Source: Lingula anatina
Taxonomy: Eukaryota > Animalia > Brachiopoda
Direction of reading: 5' to 3'
Assembly (NCBI GenBank): GCA_051362555.1
Contig: CM120645.1
Span: 9,300,001 to 9,364,000 of the forward strand
DNA length: 64,000 nucleotides
In this document: positions 37,732-49,520 of the stretch, piece by piece
Numbering within the stretch: the stretch's first letter is position 1
Layout of the letters: every line of letters begins with the position of its first letter
Translations under genes and position numbers: made by a program
The notes under the pieces: generated by a model
The model's input: only the letters and a program-made list of their open reading frames with translations
Databases searched by the model: none
What the model was told of the DNA's origin: nothing

Positions 37732-37774
<43 letters not shown>
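37732..37774. repeat. (ATT)n microsatellite
   Basis: Direct inspection. Confidence 0.95.
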
Positions 37775-37777
<3 letters not shown>

Positions 37778-38104
37778 TTTATTGATATCATTTCAATTAA
37801 ATGAAGATCTAAAGCGTCCTGTAGCCCATTAAATAAACTTTGTCAGTTTGATGTAAATGGCGTCTCATTTCCAATTAACTTACACTTATATTGCGGAGGT
37901 GTATTACCTCATTGGATGTTATTCACCATGAGCGATGCCTACATCAGAGGTCTGGCCATTGGTCGTGCCTGTATCATTTATCAAAGTTTCAGTAGTGTTG
38001 ACGCGTGTGTGTACCAGTACACAGTTTACTCAAAAAAGGCTAGACACTTAGTTTAAACACTGCATGAGTACCAAAGTGCAAGACGCAAGTAGCCTATCAT
38101 ATAA

Positions 38105-38364
38105 GACTGGGCTCCCATGCCTAGATCGATTTAACAGGATCGATTCATCTCCAAGAGGTTTCTCGCTAAATTGATGTCAGCTTAAGCGGCTGAGATGTCT
38201 GACACGCCTACTGAAGCTGCTAAACGATAGTTAATTATCCCCTAGCAGCTTAGCTAGGCGTGACAGACATCTAAGCAGCTTAAGTTGATTACAATTTAGT
38301 CAGAATCCTCCCTTGGAGATAGATCGATCCACAGTTGTTGCGATAGGGCTCTGAGAATGTTCCC
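38105..38364. mobile_element. Palindromic PIF/Harbinger-like MITE
   Basis: Arms ggatcgattcatctccaag / cttggagatagatcgatcc and agatgtctgacacgccta / taggcgtgacagacatct around a central ttaatta. Flanked by taa / tta; termini degenerate. Confidence 0.75.
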
Positions 38365-38460
38365 TTAGTGAATAAGTGAGACGCAGATGATGCGTCAAAT
38401 TTTCGGTTCTACTAGTTACACAGGTGGTCGGTTTCTCGGTGGAGGTCTGTGGGGGACACA

Positions 38461-38493
38461 GGGTGGGGGTGGGGGTAGGGGTGGGGTGGGGGC
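38461..38493 (+). repeat. (GGGG[G]T)n tract, potential G-quadruplex
   Basis: gggtgggggtgggggtaggggtggggtgggggg-like run of six G-tracts. Confidence 0.7.
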
Positions 38494-40520
38494 AAGATTA
38501 GGGCACAATGAAGAAAAATACGTGGATATAAATGAAGGCAGACCGGTGTAAATTTTCCCCTCTGGATCCACTCACACATTAACTATAGGTCTTATGCAGT
38601 GTACTAGCATATTACCAGTATATGTCTTGTCATCTACAGGAAGCGTTTTCCTTGAACAACAGTGATAAAAAATGGGAAAAAATCCCTGCGATAATATTTC
38701 ATGGATGACATCTTAAAGTAATCCACTGATATGATGATGACTATAATGATACCATAATGATGATATCTATATTCTGCAATTATTATTAATCCTGTCATTA
38801 CATTTGCATGCCCAATATCACATAAGCTAATTCGTATTCTCCACAGAGAAGGTAGTATGCATCTAGAGACTTACATTAAGATTGTATCCATTATAAATAA
38901 CGTCTATCGCAACTACATCAATTTCTCATAAAAAATAACAACATTAGGTGCACGGGTCAACATGCTGTAACACAAATATATAGGGCAAAACGAAACATTA
39001 TCTCGTACTTTGACGATAGAGACAAAGGACCATGTATATAAATATGAAGTAATTTATAAATAATATCTTGTATTTTTGTATAACGTATATAATGATCATA
39101 AATTATTATTGCTAAGCCAAACAAGAGCAAGGTTACAGTGGTCATTACACGCCCATTCAGTCAAGAAAGCGCGCAATGATTTCAAACACCTGTCGGTAAA
39201 AATGTCAGCAGTTTTCGCTCTTATAGTTATCATGTTAGCATATTGCACACTTGTACATGTAAAATGTACGTCCTTTCGTCTTTTGGGTTTCGTTCCCCCG
39301 TAACAAATTAAAAACACTCATATGCATAGGTGATCTAACACTAGAACAATGTACTTCTACAATGCATCTCCCTTGAACAACGCTATATCCCTCGCAAAGA
39401 TTTTTACCCTTAATAACTCATTCACGTGTTGCTATAAGTGTCATGGAATTGATTGTGTGAAGATCAGTGTCACATAGGACTCTTCACTTTCAATTTTCGT
39501 ATGATGCAATTTAGAGCAATTTAGACAGCTTTTAGCAAGCTAAAGTAAGAGGTTAAAAGCAATCCAGCGGCAAAAGTGGTGAGCTGAATACATATTTGTG
39601 ACTGAAATGGAGAAAGAAAGCCATTTGAAATATGTGATTCTTTGACTAAATACATTGGACCCAGCGTTAATTTCTATGGTCAATACTAATCTGCTGGGAG
39701 TGTTTCTGTATGCGGCGGTTTCACTTTTCATATCTTCTCTTAAAAACACTTTTTGAATTTCGGAATTGCGAAGCTTTCACTGAAAACGTAGGAATTACAT
39801 AAGAGTTTTGTCCCTCCAGTTTGAAAATGAGTTTAGTTGCAAATGTATCATTTACATGGAAAAATGCAATTTGGCCCACTGACCTGCTGATTTGTAACCA
39901 CAATCCAGATAGTCCGGAAAACTAAAATCCTTTAAATTATTTGTCGGTATACCATCTGCTGCTCTTTGGATTTCGAACTTGCAGAAATAACTTTTACTCT
40001 AAATCTATTTTCTTTTTGAATGTTAGGCCAAAAACGACAATACAGGAAGAAAGCAAATCAGTATTTTGAACACAAAGTCAGTGTGCCCCCCTCCCCCCCC
40101 AAAAAAATCTTGGAATATTAAATTTGGGTAATGAAAGTATGGGAATAACGGCGCGATGTTTGCTAACCGTGAAATCTGCTGATGAGATATCAAATGTATT
40201 TTTCCAATCAGTAGAATGAAAGTATTTCTTTTAGATGAATTCACAAGTCAATGCATACGAACTTCGTTTTAATCTGTGCTTATCGGCGACAGATCCCCTT
40301 CGTATGCGTTCGCTCATACAGGTAAAACGCTGAACAATTCAGTTTAAGTTGTTCAATTTTTTAGAGTGAATTTCATTATAAATACTTTCGAAGTTTTCAT
40401 TTGAGAAGATACTGGTGGGCTACCTTCCCTTCCTTATCCCCGCCTCTGGGTACTGCAAATGAATTATATTTTAAGAAAATAACTATACCGTTTGCATTGA
40501 AAAAAAGGCTAAACATTGTT

Positions 40521-40521
<1 letters not shown>

Positions 40522-40564
<43 letters not shown>
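40522..40564. repeat. Poly-C homopolymer (43 nt)
   Basis: Direct inspection. Confidence 0.95.
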
Positions 40565-42447
40565 ATTGACTACAATACTGGCAGCATTAGGAAACGGACA
40601 TAGGGATACTGAACACAAAGCTTGACAGTTTTCATTTCTCAAATAGATGTCAACAAGTAAATAAGAAAATAAACTTACGTATAACTGAGTCTGGGCAAAA
40701 GTCGCGTTCTTTATCCGTGGTTTGCGATGCTTATAACACCGACCATGAAAAGCACTGTCATGTCTCGCTAAAAAAGACTAGCAGTTATCTGTTTTAAAAC
40801 TTAAGTTCCAAGTCAAGTTTCTTAATTCTGCTGCTTATAAGAGGCAGTGTCATATTTTAATGAATCCTACAGATATTTGATTGACGAGGACGTTCAAGAT
40901 GGTCGAGAACTCGTGGACGAGTCTGAACCTTTTCAAGTGCTTTTTTTACATCCAGCTGAACTTTCATATCGTTTTACTCTCTGGGGGCATTTCCCTTCTC
41001 ATATTTGTTCATTGCAGAAAAATTAAATAGCCACTGTGCGTTGAAGAGTTCAAATTAGAAGCAAGTTGAACAAGCACTCTCTTGCTCACGCCAAGTGAAC
41101 GAACGTGTCTACCATGGGTATGAACCGCAAGCGCATTTTCGTTGTAAGCTGTGTCTTATATACTCGAAATTACACAATGGCCCAACTGCTCATAAAAGAT
41201 GGTTAGTCTGGTATATCCATTGAAGCCTAAACGTTTTTATCGAGCACTTCATTATTCATCGCCTCCGAAGTACTGCAACCTCTTCTTGGATGTTTGATCA
41301 CCTCACCCTGGCTTCTGAAACCTTTTTATGATAGCTACGTGAAAGTTCACGGTGGATTTATTTCCAAAGCACGGGCAAAATATCATAGAGTGACCTTTCG
41401 AAACTGGTCCAATTGAAACTAATTAGCTGCAACCCGAAATGTAGTTAAAAGCAATGCCGGTGGCTCCGTGAGTCTAACTGAAAAAATACACATTTTCTAC
41501 GTAATATGTACCCGAAGAGCTAGCTCATTGGTTGTGTGCAAGCCAATCGAATAGCGTCAATGTGAATGCAAGAAAAGCAGTCGTATGTAAGGTTTCAAGT
41601 TTTATATTAGGCTAATGCAATGATGAATTGTTTTACAACATAAAAAACTATATTCAAGGCTCTGGAGTCAGCAAAACGATTTCACGCTAAAAAGCCTTAC
41701 AGCAGTTCTGCGTATTCCTTTTAAATCTAATCTAGGCCTAAGACAAATTTAATGTCGTTTTAAAAAACAACAGAACTGGTTGCCGTCACAGCCACAGGTT
41801 GTTCTCAGAGCAATTCGTGCACAATTTACTTGAAATAAACCAATTTTAATTGAACCAAGAACCACCAAAATTGGACAGGAAAACTAGTTCTTCTGTAAAA
41901 GAAAAAAAGCCACACAAAATGTTTACTTTTCAAGATCAGCTATGCCTGTATTGCTACAGCCCTATATGTACAGGTATACGCTCTGTTCAAACAAAGGGAC
42001 GTCATAAAAAGGGACAGCAAAATACCAGTCGTCCTGAACACTTGGTTCGACTGCCAGACCAGTGCATACACGTCAAAGCCATCGGCTACAGTTAGGGCAT
42101 GGATCAGCGTCGTTCAAACTCGCCACGATGGATGCACAAGTAAATTGAGGAGGATGATTGATGGAGAAATTTCCTCGCGTTGGATTACGGCGGGCAATTC
42201 AGAGAAAATATTGGAACTCTGGGATAAATATGCAAAGAAAGGGATCGCATGAGCAAACCAACGCAGCAGAACGCATAATTTTGTAATTAACTGACTTGAT
42301 ACCACTTTTCCAACCGGGTAAGATTCTATCAGTGAACGTTAAGAGATGAAATCGTTTCAGGAATCGAATCAGGCCACTTGATAAACGACTACAAGAACGT
42401 ATTCAGAGACAGACCCAGAAAATAGTGTCTGTGTTCCAAATCACACT

Positions 42448-42452
<5 letters not shown>

Positions 42453-42498
<46 letters not shown>
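42453..42498. repeat. (GA)n microsatellite
   Basis: Direct inspection. Confidence 0.95.
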
Positions 42499-42501
<3 letters not shown>

Positions 42502-44121
42502 AAAATCATAAGCCCACAGATTCATGCTCATAAACAGCAAACATTCATGGGGGAAGGGGGAAAATGGCAAATCAACTTCTGTTTTTAACCCTTCGTCACT
42601 GGTCCTCGCGCTATCCGTTCCGTTTCAGACTCGGGTATCAATAGTCCGTCACTGCCACATGTTGTGTAAAGTTTACCTATTGTCTATCAATGAAAATAAA
42701 AAAAAGAAAATAAGTACCGGGTCATTCTTCACAGTGTACGACAATGGTATCTTCATGATGACCTTGCTCTGGTCCGACCTGACAGTGTGCGTTGTATGTG
42801 AGCAATTGGACATTGTTATTTAATGTTGCCTTGGTTACATTATTGATACCGATCAGATGACAGCTGGTAAGGAAAGGTAACGGGATTAATGGGGTCACGG
42901 TTAATGAGTTTGTCGCGTTTCAGCGTGGCTTCAGTATTCCAAAAAATGAAAACGATCAGATTTTCGGATTTATCATTATTGCGTGCTTGTAGGCTACGTT
43001 CGTGTGTTCGTGCGGGTTGCAGTTTTCACTTTTATGTGCTTTTGTGCGTAAGATCTGATTTATACTAGTTATGATTTGAGGTTCACAGAATATTTTGAGA
43101 GTTCTGTTTCATGCCGACACTGAATGTCATTTAGATTTCGATGGCGTTTCAAACACAGCTATATTAGTGGAGTAAATATATAACGGTATTACATATATAT
43201 ATTAACGTGGTTTCGATAGTACATGGCTTGGACTTTTGACATCTCGATTGAGTGCGAAGAAACAATAGAAAAATATTCTCTCATATATACACATGTATGT
43301 ACACTGATCATCTGATTTTATAAATTTTGCGCGCCATTTTCCAGGTAGCTTTCAAGTTTTTCAATGATCTTATTTAAAAATTTGGCACATCATAGCCTTG
43401 CAAATGTAGGGATGGCATAACCTTATACTGACATCCATGTACAACTAATGTTACGTTTTCTACAAAAAAAGCAAATGTTTGTTCAAATAAGGTCATAATC
43501 ATTTCAAAAGTATGATTGGAAAACGAGATGTGAAATTGATCACCTGGGACATCACATTTGCGTTGAATAAGGCCATAATTGTAAGGTGATTGTTCTCTGA
43601 ATTCTCTGAAAGTCATTTCCCTGGAAGTGACGTGGAACTGACCTCAAAATATCTTCTCCCTGGTATCTCCTTGCTGATCTAACCATTGTGTTTTATGAGA
43701 CCCCAGATGCTCCCTGTGTAGCGTTTACATAATGGAGATGTATGCATGTGTGGCTGCGTGATCTACCATTGATCAGTACACGGATAGCTGATATTGAAAA
43801 ACGAGAGACAATGTTCGAAAGAAGAGTCAAAGATTAAACGAGGACTTGACCGATGGTAACACATAACCACATGCGCATGCACACACACACACACACACAA
43901 ACGAAAACAAACACACTTAAATGTACAGTTGTGCGTGCATGCATACGCATGCGTGTGTTAAAAAGACTCGTCATATGGATATATACTCACAGGATCGAGG
44001 TATATCATGGCAAATAGTGGTAAAAAAAGGGTAACGCGATGTACCTACACCACATACCAAACAAATGTTGGCCAAATGTTTCAATTGCTAACATAGATGG
44101 GTAACATGTCAGCATTTTAAA

Positions 44122-44128
<7 letters not shown>

Positions 44129-44187
<59 letters not shown>
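44129..44187. repeat. (CT)n microsatellite
   Basis: Direct inspection. Confidence 0.95.
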
Positions 44188-44191
<4 letters not shown>

Positions 44192-45246
44192 TTTCTCATT
44201 CAGTTTACAGAACCCAGGTAAATGTCAACGTTTTCCAAAAGGAGAAAAACAGCTTTGTTGGAGGAAGTCACCTCTGGGAAGTGACAAGCATTTTGACATT
44301 TTCGGTTTTGCGTTAGACACGAACCGTTGTTAAGAATGAATATCAGACATGAGCTATCAGTGTAACGTTCTCTCGTGGTGTAATTAGAGTTTGCATTCGT
44401 CCTTTCCGTCAAAATGTCACTTCACTAGAAAAGCCACGTATTTTCAGAAAGTAAAAAAAAAAACGTCTTATGTATATCAAAGGTGTTTTTCAAAGAGAAA
44501 GAAATCCCATGTGCTTCTACAAGTCCACCGTGTACGTTTTTTTTTTCCTAATTACCCAATACTACATTTCGTTAGAAACAGAACAAAGGGGGCAGACATT
44601 TAGCATACTGTATTTTCGGTCAGCAATGGTCACATATGAAAAGTAAGCTATAGTTTCACGTAGCTTTGAGTATGTGAATTGTCATATATGTATATCCTAT
44701 GGACATATCGTGTTTTAGATATTGGATCAGGTCATATTACCTCTAACAACCCTGAGTGACATATCCTTTATGATTAATTTAAACCTTCCTTTGCCTGAGC
44801 CAAATTGGTTCTTTTACTGTAAAATTGGCTGTTTACATTTTATGGCTCTTGAAACATTTCTGGTTTGCTTTTATATCTGGAATGAATAACCCACCTGTTT
44901 TGAAAACTGATGCTCGAACAAAACGCAAAACAACTTCAGTTGACCTTGTGACATATGTGTGCCCTTTCAGAAATCATAAGTTATGTAATTGCAATAGAAA
45001 TTGTGTTTTACAAGACCAGTAAATCACCATTGCCTTCCTTACAGGGATTTATTAAACGATATTCTCTGTAGACCCCTCATTTCAAGCAATCGCATGGACC
45101 AAGAGCATGGCTTAAGTGGATACTGATTAATGTTGCCATGGAGACAAAGTGATTGGAACCTATTGTGAAGGGTTGTAGATTGCATATCTTACGTCATCAG
45201 CTTTGATCCTAGTTTCTCTCCAGTCATTATGCAACACATGGGACAC

Positions 45247-45285
<39 letters not shown>

Positions 45286-46633
45286 ATCCAGTGAGTTTCT
45301 TGACTCGATGCGCGGCATACAACTAAACGTCTCAGATGGAAGAGAGTTTTCAGTTATCGTTCAAAACAAGGAAACTGTCATCATTCGAATCATGACCAAT
45401 TAATATACTGTAGAAGGTCAAATGACACATGATATCTAAAGTGACAGGTCTCCAAGAATTTGTGTGTGTGTGGGTCAATTGGTTTCTGGAAACTGTCGTC
45501 CAGTGTCCTGTCTTCTATAACTGACGATGTTTACATTTTGTACAATATGCTATGTCTCAAAAGGAATACCCTCTCCGCACTTGATACGAAGAAAGATACC
45601 GATTTCAAGATATTCGGTCAGAATATTAATTTCCCTCCCAGAAATTACAAAGAATTGATTTCATGAAAGTTTCCATGATACCTTGCAGCGTCCTGTTGAT
45701 AGTGAACGAGTGCTGTAATTGCACGTCGACTTCGTAACTGAAACTACGTTTAATGCTTTCTGTAGTTCTCAGATAATGATGATTGCATTAGACTTTTAAA
45801 GTACAGTAACCTTTCCCTATAGGTTAAAACACCAATATCCACAGGTATTCCGGTTGTGAATTGACCTTGAGCTTGTTAAACAAAATATACAATAAATTGC
45901 CTCAAAGTGACTGGAAAATAGAAGGCCCGAGTACAGCAAGAAGGAATGGTTAGACAAAACAACTTCCCTTGTTAATGAATATAACTCTCTCTAAACAAAA
46001 ATCGTATCATAATACATTTATCTTTACATAATTATACATTTTACTATGGGTTATCCAACAAATGTGGGACATTTGTGTTGTCAAAAATATTTTAAGCAAG
46101 ACTTATATACCAACGGACAAGAGTTGGGCGTGCTTGGCTCCAACAATGTATCGCCAGTGGCAGTTAAGTTATCAATGGTTCAAAACAGTTAATAATGCGT
46201 ATGCTGGCGGGGGGGGGGGGGGGTTAATGCCCTCTGTACGCTTTTGAAAATTAATAAAAAACGATGATCCCAACTGCTGTCAAATGTCATTATTTTTAGC
46301 TTTTCATCAAGTACTCTCTGCAGGGGAGGGGTCTGGAAAAAGTCAACTCTTTTTAGACCTGTGAAATTAAAATGATGATAAAATTGGATGATCTCTGAGA
46401 CAGCTCGACCGTACATTGTAGATGTTACGACTGACGGGAATGAGACGCACCGTAGAAAAAAAAGTACCATTCACAGTTACTGGTATCATATGACTACGCA
46501 TTTGATAGAGACAATGGTTTTAGGAGTGATGCTGTGATTATCTCGATCATAAAATGCAAGGACTATGCTGTAAGCTGACGAGTGGTGATGAGAAGATGAT
46601 GACGGAAACGGAATATCTTTAAAATTACTCACC

Positions 46634-46665
<32 letters not shown>

Positions 46666-47282
46666 ACTCATGACCTTTGTATTGGAGAAAGGCACAAGTA
46701 TCCGTTTTAGATACATGTATAAACAATCAAGTTACCCGTGATAGATACATAGATGGATAGATAGATGTAACGGCTGTCGAAATAACGTTAGATTTAGCCC
46801 AATAATGAAGCCAAAGAGGAAATGATAAGGTTTTAGTGGGCGAACAAGCAAAAAAGAATGTTGCTTAAGATGTCAGTGCAGATTATTCCCTCCCCCACAC
46901 CAAACGAGTCTGTACTTTCGATTTCCATACAATTTGAAAGTGAAATTTGATTACTCACGATGCCGTGAACACATTTGCATTACCCATGAAGTTATTTATA
47001 GTGATGATGAGTGACTTACTACAGCAAAACTTGGGAGTCTACATGTATCACAAGTTAGTTAATTCAACATATGTTACACGAATTCACATAAAACATTTTA
47101 TCAAATGTTTACAGGGAAGAAAGTTGAATGCTAGACACAAAACGTAATGGTTTATAAGGAAGGATACTATCTATATACAAGTTGAAATGGTTTTGCCAAT
47201 TCAGCTAATACTTGATCGTGTTCGATTCCGAATCATTGTCACTAGGACAAAAGATATCCTAAAATAAATGTGCGAAAAGGTG

Positions 47283-47379
47283 TACAAAATTCTAGCCCTG
47301 GTGTGCGCGTGTACTGGTGCTCGTTTGCTTGAAGGTGACGAAAGAATGTAAATTACAGGATGAAAAGAATGTGATATGT

Positions 47380-47416
<37 letters not shown>

Positions 47417-47492
47417 GGTGTAGTAGTCTTGAGGCACCTGCAGACAACAAAAATGGTAAACCATTATTTTCTGCTGTATGTCAAGCACGGTT
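47283..47492 (+). repeat. Copy 1 of a diverged local duplication containing a (GA)n tract
   Basis: gtcttgaggcacctgcagacaa..aatggtaaaccattattttctgctgtatgtcaagcacggtt matches 48227-48287. Upstream actgg..ctcgtttg..aaagaat.taaatt is also shared. Confidence 0.8.
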
Positions 47493-47524
47493 GTTGAGCA
47501 GGGCGATGGCGTACACGTATCTTG

Positions 47525-47526
<2 letters not shown>

Positions 47527-47561
<35 letters not shown>
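47527..47561. repeat. (AT)n microsatellite
   Basis: Direct inspection. Confidence 0.95.
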
Positions 47562-47565
<4 letters not shown>

Positions 47566-47999
47566 CTTTGACCAACTTCAAAGGGCACACGAGAAACAGC
47601 TGACCAGATGCAGATGGTAACATTTGTCCACTTAATCCGTGATGAAAGGTAAATGAACGATGTCATCTATTGCCCAATGATGCGCTAAATCACTGTCATT
47701 GTGTTCATTTTAAGCACAGATGGACAACAGAAAATCGTCGCCGCATCGAAAACCCAGTGCTCGGCAAATAAGCAAACGGTATATGGTTTTGCCCGCGTGC
47801 CTGGACGGTTTGATGTTTATGATTTATGTACGTTGTTGAATTCAATCAGCATGCAGTAAAGATGGACGTTGTGGTGTAAAATTTCTCCTGTATGACTATC
47901 TTTATTCATACGAAGCTAAGAGTACATATCACTTGATGACCGTTTACTAAATCACTTTGTTCGTCGATAAATTGTTGAGTTGTCCAAATAAAAAAATAT

Positions 48000-48127
48000 T
48001 ACAATTCTTCTCGCGCGAATGAGTGTGAGAAGTGCACGTTGACTGGCTCTCGTTTGGTATTTATAACAAAAGAATATAAATTGAAGGCCAGGGAGAAATA
48101 TTAAGTGCCGTCACCTCTGTGCCTGTG

Positions 48128-48194
<67 letters not shown>

Positions 48195-48287
48195 GAGAGA
48201 GAGGGAGAGGTTATGGTGTTGCGGTCTTGAAGCACCTGCAGGCAAGAATGGCAAACTATTATTTTCTGCTGTATGTCAAGTACGGTT
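48000..48287 (+). repeat. Copy 2 of the local duplication, with expanded (GT)n(GA)n
   Basis: See copy 1. Confidence 0.8.
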
Positions 48288-49454
48288 CCCGACCCCACAA
48301 TACAAAAGCCAGGTACTTTTTCAGAATCATCTACCGGTATCTGGGAGAGTAGCTAAATATAGTCGTATTGTAATGCTGATGATGTGTTTAAAAAGCTGGA
48401 AATTCTATCTTTAATACATGCACATAATGTGATCCCACAACTCTATTTGAACGAAGAGAGTGAGTGAATTGTAAGATAATTCCTCTTTTAATGTCTGAAA
48501 ATATATATAAGTTTACATTGTACCAGTGTTGTCTGTATGTTTACTTACATGTAGATATTCATGCCCTTAGCCAGTAATTTCAAAGTTCCTTTTTTCTGAA
48601 ACAAAGTGGGCCTTTTACCTCCGTTTTTCTAGATTAAATTTTTACCCAGAGCAAAAATAATAATAATAATAATAATTGCCGTTCGTGAAATTTAAAAACG
48701 TGTTAGAGCAATCTTTCACCAGTTGCAAAGAAAATGAGACATTATGTATTCCTCAGAGTCTAAACTCTCATTTTGAGGAGAAAGGTAGGAAGAAGTCAAT
48801 AAGCCGTTTTGTTTTTGAGGACAAAAGGTAGGATTATTATCCACCTACATCTCTATAGTACGATATTCAGTTACGTTTGCTTAGTACCATGGATGCCTGT
48901 AGCCGCAGCGCATCATTATTTCAGGCAATGGACCATCAGCAATAAATCAAAGCACTTCTTAGGCGACGATCATTTGATCAGCGAGCTTTTTATCCATCTA
49001 GATGTCTAATGAATCATTGTTATCTTTTATTATTGTGGATCTGAAATATACGATTTTATTTGCATTTGTTCTTAAGTGAGGCGAGGTTAGAAGAGAAAAT
49101 AGGTTAAATTATTGACTCGATGGGAGCCTTAGGAAACAAAATTAAGAGCAACACTGAAGCTTTAAAAGACAATCTACGTAGAGCTAATGCAGCAAATATG
49201 TCGTTTAGATGACGGGTTTTGCTGGTGGCCAAAAAATACAGACGAGTCCTGTGTGGGCTGTTTACAGATTATCACTCATTCGATTGTTTCCTCGCGCACG
49301 GCGAAAAAGTGGCTAATTTCGATTTTTTGTTTTTCGTTAGAGGTTGAAGACTTTGGTATGTCGCTACCAGAAATTCCTGGAAGTAATACTAACAGGGTTG
49401 ATATTTTATGTGGAGGCGGGTAGACCATCAGCGGATTAGTCGGCTCCGTTTTAT

Positions 49455-49520
49455 GTGGATCGGCCATATTTGATCCGTGGATCTGTTAGTCCGCGTATCA
49501 ACTTGTTCTGAACGCCCTCT
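49455..49520. mobile_element. Right-arm fragment related to the 22334-22508 MITE
   Basis: tcggccatatttgatccgtgga..gttagtccgc..tgttctgaa is shared with 22458-22501. Confidence 0.7.

Noticed and set aside
40397-40642. Poly-Pro / poly-Gly ORFs
   Set aside because: Caused by the poly-C homopolymer.
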